A stretch of DNA of 64,000 nucleotides from Candidatus Caldarchaeum sp. Its GTDB lineage: Archaea > Thermoproteota > Nitrososphaeria_A > Caldarchaeales > Caldarchaeaceae. Shown one piece after another: positions 57,917 through 64,000 of this stretch. The notes beneath the pieces were generated by a model. The model was not told where the DNA came from and did not search any database. It saw nothing but the letters and a program-made list of their open reading frames with translations. How positions within the stretch are numbered: the stretch's first letter is position 1; each line of letters starts with the position of its first letter. A program made the translations under genes and the position numbers. The DNA lies in assembly GCA_038885755.1 (NCBI GenBank), contig JAVZZH010000002.1, positions 32,001-96,000 on the forward strand, read 5' to 3'.

Positions 57917-58099
57917 ATGTCTTCGCATGATGCGTTAAGCGAGAAACTGGAGCTGATTCTGAAAGAGTTCAAGGAGATGAAGATGCTGGCCAGGTCTATG
58001 GGGGTCTACAGCGTTGAAAGAAACGTTGAACACATCATCAGCCACATCCAAACCATGCTGGAGTCTCTTAAAAAAACAGAAGCGGGGTACTCGCTGTGA
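57917..58099 (+). CDS. Small helical hypothetical protein starting right after paaK
   Basis: 60 aa; ATG 1 nt after the paaK stop; amphipathic helices. Confidence 0.55.
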   Translation: MSSHDALSEKLELILKEFKEMKMLARSMGVYSVERNVEHIISHIQTMLESLKKTEAGYSL

Positions 58100-58193
58100 A
58101 CAGATAAAGTTGAGCTACAAGCATACTTGGCTGTAGCAAAAATATATAATTTGCCTAAAAAGTTTATCAAACTTTAGACCGATAAACCGTCTC

Positions 58194-59675
58194 GTGGCTG
58201 AAAAAGAAAAAACCGGTGTTGACAGACGTTCCTTCCTCAAATATGCTGCCACAGCTGGAATCGCCGCCGTAGTCGCAGGAGCTGCGGGATACTTCTCCGC
58301 ATCCACGCAAACCGAGGTAATAACCAAGACAATCCCAGCTGGAGAGGTGACGAGAACAGTCACCGTCGGCGGACAGACGGTTACCGTCGGCGGCGCAACC
58401 GTCACGCAGACCCGAACAGTAACTGTTACAGCAACACCTACCCCGCCGGCTCCGAGACCGCCTCCTGGAAAGACCGAGGTTAGGATTGGGGTGCTGGCCC
58501 CGCTGGCAGCTCGTGAGGGAAAGGTTCAGGAGAACGCCGCCCGCCTAGCAATCGAAGAAATCAACGCTAAAGGTGGGATACTTGGTCTCCCGGTAAAACT
58601 CGTGGTAGCCGACGACAAGCTCAGCGCCGACACCGCTGTAGCAGAGTTTAGACGATTGGTGACGGCTGAGAAAGTCGACGTGATGATAGGCGGTTACTCA
58701 AGCGGCGTGATGACAGCCACTATGGAGCCTATGGCGGAGTTAAAGACCATATTCCTAGCGGACGCTTCATCACCGGCTCACGCCAGAAAAGTTGGAGCCA
58801 ACTATGACAAATACAAGTATTGGTTTAGGATAACCCAGAACAACGGCATAACCTTCGCCCTCGACGGAATCACGCAGATCGAATACCTTGCTGCAAACGG
58901 CGTCAAAATCGAAAAGCTGTACATAATAAGAGACGAGCATATATGGGTTGATGAATGGGAGCCCATGCTTACGGATCTGCTGAAGCAGAAGAACATCGAA
59001 GTAGTCAAGAGTGTTAAGATACCGCGAGGATACACGGAGTACGAGCCTCTTCTTATAGAGGCAAATAGGCTCGGTGCTCAAGCAGTATTCAACATGCTGG
59101 CTATCTCTGGGACAGGCGACGTGCTGGCAAAGCAGTGGGGCACGCTCAAGCTTCCGCTGCTTCTGATGGGCCATGACTTGGCCGCCATAGACCTTGGGTT
59201 CTGGGAGAAGACGGGAGGTGCTTGCGAGTACGAGATTTTCATGGCTGACGGAGGAGTTGTCCAGACAGCACCTCCAACTCAGATGTGCAGACAATTCATA
59301 GAGAACTATACAAAGAAGTATGGGTATCCGCCTGAGGCCCATCAAGGCTACGGAGCATATGATGCAGTCTACCTGTACAAAAAGGTGGTTGAGGAGGCTG
59401 CTGCCGCAGGTGAGAGCAACCCGTTTGATTCAGACACACTGGTTAAATACCTCGAGAGGTACACGCTCGGAAACGCTATTGAGCTGACGAGGAAGGTGGC
59501 GTTCTATCCTAAGGGCGCGTGGGGGGCTGACGGGACGAGATGGGACCACGACCTAGTCTGGGGGGATGAATACGTGAAGAACTGGGTGTCGCAATGGCAG
59601 GCTGGAAAACAATATTTGCTTGCGCCGTCTTGGCTCAAAAACGCAGACCTAAAACTACCGCCATGGTTCAAATAA
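58194..59675 (+). CDS. livK: Tat-exported HAAT (Liv-type) ABC substrate-binding protein, probably for aromatic acids
   Basis: DRRSFLK Tat signal, T/V/P-rich linker, LAIEEINAKGGILG, GGYSS, YWFR, AYDAVY. Confidence 0.88.
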   Translation: MAEKEKTGVDRRSFLKYAATAGIAAVVAGAAGYFSASTQTEVITKTIPAGEVTRTVTVGGQTVTVGGATVTQTRTVTVTATPTPPAPRPPPGKTEVRIGVLAPLAAREGKVQENAARLAIEEINAKGGILGLPVKLVVADDKLSADTAVAEFRRLVTAEKVDVMIGGYSSGVMTATMEPMAELKTIFLADASSPAHARKVGANYDKYKYWFRITQNNGITFALDGITQIEYLAANGVKIEKLYIIRDEHIWVDEWEPMLTDLLKQKNIEVVKSVKIPRGYTEYEPLLIEANRLGAQAVFNMLAISGTGDVLAKQWGTLKLPLLLMGHDLAAIDLGFWEKTGGACEYEIFMADGGVVQTAPPTQMCRQFIENYTKKYGYPPEAHQGYGAYDAVYLYKKVVEEAAAAGESNPFDSDTLVKYLERYTLGNAIELTRKVAFYPKGAWGADGTRWDHDLVWGDEYVKNWVSQWQAGKQYLLAPSWLKNADLKLPPWFK

Positions 59676-59722
59676 GCTCCTAATTTTTTTAACAATAGCA
59701 TACGCTGTTGACGGTGCGGTAG

Positions 59723-60589
59723 ATGATAGGTATTGAAAACTTCATCGTCCTACTTGTTTACGGCGCGACCCTGAGCGGTGTATGGGCCCTGATGTCGTCT
59801 GGGTTTACGTTGATTTTCGGAGTCTGCAGACTTCTCAACCTTGCCCACGGAGGCCTGTTCATAGCAGGCGCCTACATCGGCCTATCGCTTGTCAGAAGCC
59901 TGGGACTCGACCCGTTAAGCTCCACGGTTTTGAGCATGCTGGCTGTTGGTGTTATTGGGGCAGGTGTTTACATAGGCTTGCTTGCAAAAGTTAAGGAGCA
60001 TGAGGTAACAGTAGTGATCATAACTCTTGCCCTAGCCCTCATAATAGAGCAGGTCATTCTGATCATGTTTGGAGAGCATGGGATAAACTTCCCACCCATA
60101 TTGGCTGGCGTGGTGTACTTGGGTGATGTACCGCTTCCAGCCATCAGGATTTTCGGGTTGGCTGTGGCCTTAGCTGCTCTTCTTCTTCTAGGGCTGTTTG
60201 TCTCCAGAACAAGGATAGGAAAAGAGATTACGGCTGCGTCGCAGGACATAGAAGCAGCTACCTTCATCGGATTAGACGTGCATAGACTGTTTATCATAAC
60301 GATGTTCATATCATCCATTCTAGCAGGTTTGGGCGGTGTTCTATACTCTCAGATATACGCGGCTAACCCGTTTCTGGTTGTGAAAGCGCTGATATTCGCG
60401 TTTGCCATCGTGATTTTGGGAGGTCTTGGAAGCGTCAAAGGAAGCATCGTAGCCTCGTTCATCATAGGATACATAATGACAGCTGTCATCATGTTTCTGG
60501 GGGCGAGATGGTCGGAGCTTTTCGCCCTGCTGATAATCATAGCCGTTCTGATAATACGGCCTTCAGGGCTTTTCGGTGTAAAGGAATGA
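59723..60589 (+). CDS. livH: HAAT ABC permease (LivH-like)
   Basis: GFTLIFGV...LNLAHG, RTRIGK...A.SQD, FAIVILGGLGS, RPSGLFG. Confidence 0.9.
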   Translation: MIGIENFIVLLVYGATLSGVWALMSSGFTLIFGVCRLLNLAHGGLFIAGAYIGLSLVRSLGLDPLSSTVLSMLAVGVIGAGVYIGLLAKVKEHEVTVVIITLALALIIEQVILIMFGEHGINFPPILAGVVYLGDVPLPAIRIFGLAVALAALLLLGLFVSRTRIGKEITAASQDIEAATFIGLDVHRLFIITMFISSILAGLGGVLYSQIYAANPFLVVKALIFAFAIVILGGLGSVKGSIVASFIIGYIMTAVIMFLGARWSELFALLIIIAVLIIRPSGLFGVKE

Positions 60590-61593
60590 TGAGAAACAGG
60601 TTTGTTGGAGACGCTGTCGGCGTAGCTGTCTTGGCTGGCCTGTTGGCGTCAGCACCTCTGTACATCCCTGAAGCCTTGATCTGGATATTGGGTATGTCAT
60701 TTCTCTTCATAGTCATAGCTCTGAGCTGGGACTTGGCGACAGGCTACGCTGGTCAGATTAACCTTGGGTTGACCAGCTTCGTCGGCTTAGGGGCCTACAC
60801 CTCAGCACTGCTTCAGGTAACGAGCAGGCTTAGAGGAACACCTTTCGAGTTTCTAGCAGGCCAGCCGACCGTTCCAGTAGAGTTGACGCTGCCAGCCGGC
60901 GGCGTAGCTTCGGCGTTGGTTGGCGCTGCGATAGGAGGTGTGACACTCAGGCTTAAAGGATGGTACCTAGCTTTGGTTACCGCTATTCTCCCAATAGCTT
61001 TCGTCCAAAGCACGTATGTGTGGAAAGATGTTTTCGGGGGCGAGGAAGGCTTCACACTGCCAACCGGTCTCGCCCCAACACCCATAGGCAAATACTACAT
61101 AGCTCTAGTGATCATGTTGCTGTCGCTGGCCACGATGCTTTTGATAACTAGGAGCAGGCTTTCTCTGAGGCTGAGGGCTTTGAGGGATGAACCTGAGCTG
61201 GCGGAATCCATAGGACTTGATACGGTGAAGCTGAAGGTCCTCGCCTTCACAGTAAGCTCTTTCTTCTCAGGCATAGCCGGAGCGGCCATAGTTAACTACA
61301 GGCAGGTGGCCAACAACGACCTATACGACGTGCCTTTGATGCTTTTGGTAATACTTGCGGTTGTCATAGGCGGTGCTGGGACGATGTGGGGCCCGGTCGT
61401 CGGCGGCTTCCTAGTTTATACTATGAAGTTCTGGTGGCTGAAGGGTGTTGTATACGAGCTGGCCAGCTCTACAGGGCTGCCCATCAACGACGACGTAATA
61501 CTATACACAGTACTCATAGTGTTAGCGATATTGGCGCCAAAAGGTTTATGGGCTGTGCTAGGCGAAAATATTTCAAAGAAGCTGAGACGTTAG
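60586..61593 (+). CDS. livM: HAAT ABC permease (LivM-like)
   Basis: GYAGQINLG, LRLKGWYLALVT, GGEEG, LRALRDE, VIGGAGT..GPVVG; ATGA overlap with livH at 60586. Confidence 0.9.
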   Translation: MMRNRFVGDAVGVAVLAGLLASAPLYIPEALIWILGMSFLFIVIALSWDLATGYAGQINLGLTSFVGLGAYTSALLQVTSRLRGTPFEFLAGQPTVPVELTLPAGGVASALVGAAIGGVTLRLKGWYLALVTAILPIAFVQSTYVWKDVFGGEEGFTLPTGLAPTPIGKYYIALVIMLLSLATMLLITRSRLSLRLRALRDEPELAESIGLDTVKLKVLAFTVSSFFSGIAGAAIVNYRQVANNDLYDVPLMLLVILAVVIGGAGTMWGPVVGGFLVYTMKFWWLKGVVYELASSTGLPINDDVILYTVLIVLAILAPKGLWAVLGENISKKLRR

Positions 61594-61594
61594 G

Positions 61595-62296
61595 TCATAT
61601 CTTTTCGAGATAATAGTTTTCGAGACCTCTGATGTTGGAGGCGGGCCCGCTCTCAACTATCTCGCCCTTAATCAGAAGGCTCACTTCATCAGCCAGCTCC
61701 AAAGCTAAGCGGATGTTCTGTTCAACGAGGAGGATAGATGTGTCTGAGCTGTTTTGGATTGTTTTTATGGCATCCCTTATCCTCATAAGCACTATAGGAG
61801 CTATGCCGTGAGAGGGCTCGTCCAACATCAGGAGCTTTGGCTTGCTCATCAAAGCCCTGCCTATAGCCGTCATCTGCTGCTCGCCGCCGCTGGTCAGCCT
61901 AGACAAGGTGTTTCTCCTCCTTTTGATCTCGGGAAACAGGCTGTAGACAAGCTCAAGCTGGTCGTCGCAGTCTTTCGACACCGCTCCCAGCTTAAGGTTT
62001 TCTTCAACAGTCATGTATGGGAAAAGCTTACGCCCCTCAGGGCATATCGAAATCCCCATACGTATCCTCTGGTGCGGCTTGTACTTTGACAGGTCCTCGT
62101 TTTCAAAGGATATTTTCCCCGTCGTGTGAACTGTTCCCACCACTGCTTTAAGCAAAGTTGTTTTCCCAGCTCCGTTTGGCCCAAGAACCGCGACGGTTTC
62201 GCCGTTTCCTACTTTCATGTTTATGTTTCTTAAAACCTCCGCTTTGTCGTAGTACGCCCTTAAGTTCTTGATCTCAAGAACCGTCATAGCCAACAC
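61595..62296 (-). CDS. livF: HAAT ABC ATP-binding protein (LivF-like)
   Basis: GPNGAGKT, PEGRKLF, SGGEQQM, LLMLDEPS, LLVEQN. Confidence 0.92.
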   Translation of the reverse strand: MLAMTVLEIKNLRAYYDKAEVLRNINMKVGNGETVAVLGPNGAGKTTLLKAVVGTVHTTGKISFENEDLSKYKPHQRIRMGISICPEGRKLFPYMTVEENLKLGAVSKDCDDQLELVYSLFPEIKRRRNTLSRLTSGGEQQMTAIGRALMSKPKLLMLDEPSHGIAPIVLMRIRDAIKTIQNSSDTSILLVEQNIRLALELADEVSLLIKGEIVESGPASNIRGLENYYLEKI

Positions 62297-62960
62297 CTAG
62301 GTATGCTTCAACAACCTTTCTGTCTTCAACAACCTCTTGAGGGCTGCCCTCGCAGATAAGCCGGCCGTAGTTAAGAACTAGAACGCGGCTCACATGGTTA
62401 AAAAGCTCCCGCAGCTTGTGCTCGACGATCACCATCGTAAGACCGTTCCTCCTGAGCTTTTCTATGACTAGCCCCAGCTCAACACCCTCTCTTGGGCTCA
62501 GCCCTGAGAAAGGCTCGTCCAACAGAAGAAGCTTTGGCCTCGCCGCCAAAGCCATTGCAATGCTCAGTCTCCTAAGGTCTCCCTGCGGCAAATCTCTAAC
62601 GGAAAAGTTTTTTCTATCTGACAGCCCTATCTCTTCAACCAGCCAGTCTACGTTGTCGTTCACAACCGACAGGCTTTCCAACACCGTCATGGTTTTAAAG
62701 GTCTTTATGACTTGGAAGGTCCTTGCTATGCCACGTTTAACCAGCTCGTGGGGAGGCTTTCCCGTCACGTCCACGCCCATAAACTCCACCCTTCCCGCGT
62801 TAGGCTTCATAAAACCTGATATGATGTTGAACAGTGTTGTTTTCCCAGCGCCGTTAGGCCCTATTATTCCCACGCACTCTCCCTGCCTGACTTCAAAGCT
62901 GACGCCGCTCAACGCTGTTAGCTCGCCGAACTTTTTCGTGACGTTAACGACCCGCAGCAT
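62274..62960 (-). CDS. livG: HAAT ABC ATP-binding protein (LivG-like)
   Basis: GPNGAGKTT, GIARTFQ, LLLDEP, IVEH, VVEAYLG. Confidence 0.92.
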   Translation of the reverse strand: MLRVVNVTKKFGELTALSGVSFEVRQGECVGIIGPNGAGKTTLFNIISGFMKPNAGRVEFMGVDVTGKPPHELVKRGIARTFQVIKTFKTMTVLESLSVVNDNVDWLVEEIGLSDRKNFSVRDLPQGDLRRLSIAMALAARPKLLLLDEPFSGLSPREGVELGLVIEKLRRNGLTMVIVEHKLRELFNHVSRVLVLNYGRLICEGSPQEVVEDRKVVEAYLGVGYDGS

Positions 62961-63025
62961 ACAACAACCTTCTTAAATACGTCGGTGGATAATATAATAT
63001 ATTACCGTGAATTTATAGAGAAAAC

Positions 63026-64000
63026 CTAACTATGGGGTTGTTGAGAAGAAATGTCAAGCGATGTTTTAGGGCCTAAAGTCCTGTTGGCAGCTATGTCAGC
63101 CATCGCAACAGCGTATCCAGCAACCCTCCTAAGCTCCCTACCAATCATCATGGCTATGACCGCTTTGCCCGTCTCCCTCACGGTTTGAAGAACATGCATG
63201 TTTAACTCTTCATCCAACTGCCTAACCTTCTCCATACTCTTAACAACTGAGAAAATCTTATTCATGTCTTTTTCAAGAAAAGCGTCAACAGCCTGTCTGC
63301 TCATCTGGTGAGCTGCATCCGACATCTGCTGGATGATTTCCAGAAGTTGCTTGTCATCCAAAGGCCTGCCGTATCTCGTGAAATGTCTGGCGACGTAGAG
63401 GCTGTGGTAAACAGACCTGTTCAAATCTCTTGCCAAAACAGCGTATGTTATCAGCTCTCTGCTGTTGCTTATCCCGCTCTTGTAAGCTGTTTCAGGGTTC
63501 ATGCTGCATAGAGCTATCTGTCTTATGACACGGCGGTAAATCCTCAGAAGCTCCGGCTCACGGCCAACCACCTCAGAGGCCATCTCAACATCGCCGTTCA
63601 AAACAGATTTGACAGCGTCTTGCTGGATGGCTAATGCCGTGCTATGCATCGACCTTATGACCGAGTCGAGCGGGACGTCGTCAAACTCCCCTGCCACAAC
63701 ATATGTTATAGAGCGTTCATCCTCTTTCGCTATGTCTATACCCTGCAAATCCATCCTAAGCTCACGGAGTCTGCGTTTTTTCTCCAAAGTTATGGGGCTG
63801 GAGGACTTCACCGTAATCTCGTCAGCCCCCTGCATGTAGTATGTCCAGACCGTGTAGATCGCATGCTGGGGATCCTCCATCTGGTCAAGGTCTATCACCG
63901 CGGTTTTCTTCGCACGCAAAGCCGCCGTCGATGTTATCTTCAGCGATTGGCCGTCTTCAGCTAGGATTAGCTTGGAGCCTTTTTTGAGGCGTTGTTTATC
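63026..64000 (-). CDS. AbrB + PhoU-like regulator, paralog of 55331-56404 (5' end outside window)
   Basis: Frame open to the window edge; shares YYMQGA, REP..LRIYR..IR, SMNPE.AY, ELITY..LARDL and RR.AGY..A.AD.AANR with the 55.3 kb gene. Confidence 0.86.
   Translation of the reverse strand, partial: DKQRLKKGSKLILAEDGQSLKITSTAALRAKKTAVIDLDQMEDPQHAIYTVWTYYMQGADEITVKSSSPITLEKKRRLRELRMDLQGIDIAKEDERSITYVVAGEFDDVPLDSVIRSMHSTALAIQQDAVKSVLNGDVEMASEVVGREPELLRIYRRVIRQIALCSMNPETAYKSGISNSRELITYAVLARDLNRSVYHSLYVARHFTRYGRPLDDKQLLEIIQQMSDAAHQMSRQAVDAFLEKDMNKIFSVVKSMEKVRQLDEELNMHVLQTVRETGKAVIAMMIGRELRRVAGYAVAMADIAANRTLGPKTSLDISSQQPHS

Noticed and set aside
58355-58460. Short tandem repeat in the binding-protein gene
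   Set aside because: It encodes an ordinary Thr/Val/Pro-rich membrane stalk (TVTVGG x2), not a mobile or regulatory repeat.
35339-63018. Recurring TCTATAAATT (35339, 42547, 46771, reverse at about 63010) as an island-specific operator
   Set aside because: Nearly the same word precedes slyD (33580) and aceA (22723) at TATA distance, so it cannot be told apart from ordinary TATA boxes without a statistical test; the 42547 copy is part of the duplication.
255-63964. Numerous 60-240 aa ORFs overlapping the called genes on the opposite strand or in other frames
   Set aside because: These are shadow ORFs expected from codon bias; they have no motifs and are fully overlapped by well-supported genes.

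Overview
Archaeal chromosomal window. TiaS, 20S proteasome alpha/beta subunits, Trm14, ThiI, V4R, TATA-box promoters and 4-bp ATGA/GTGA gene overlaps support this; the gene style suggests a TACK archaeon, most likely Caldarchaeales/'Aigarchaeota' (inference). The 0-35 kb part holds housekeeping and metabolic genes: ctaB, hydantoinase/oxoprolinase AB, cytochrome b, moaA, pyrB, an IDH-family enzyme, an allantoinase/dihydroorotase, thiI, tiaS, aceA-aceB, trm14, a proteasome beta-alpha pair, a sulfide dehydrogenase-cupredoxin-YeeE operon and slyD. At least six decayed gene fragments lie between 10 and 19.5 kb. The 35.3-64 kb part is a ~29 kb island encoding an almost complete anaerobic phenylacetate -> phenylacetyl-CoA -> phenylglyoxylate -> benzoyl-CoA -> ring reduction/cleavage pathway (Liv-type ABC importer, PaaK, PadBCD, a 2-oxoacid:ferredoxin oxidoreductase, class I benzoyl-CoA reductase BcrB/A/D/C, Dch/Had/Oah, CoA-transferase, tungsten AOR), with two AbrB-PhoU regulators. 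Other unusual elements are two ubiquitin-like MoaD/SAMP proteins whose di-Gly is masked by fused domains (tandem AbrB; Zn ribbon), one of them right after a probable JAMM protease, and a propeptide-less proteasome beta paired with a gate-divergent alpha. No tRNA, rRNA, CRISPR array or transposase was seen. All family calls come from motif recognition by eye, not from database searches.
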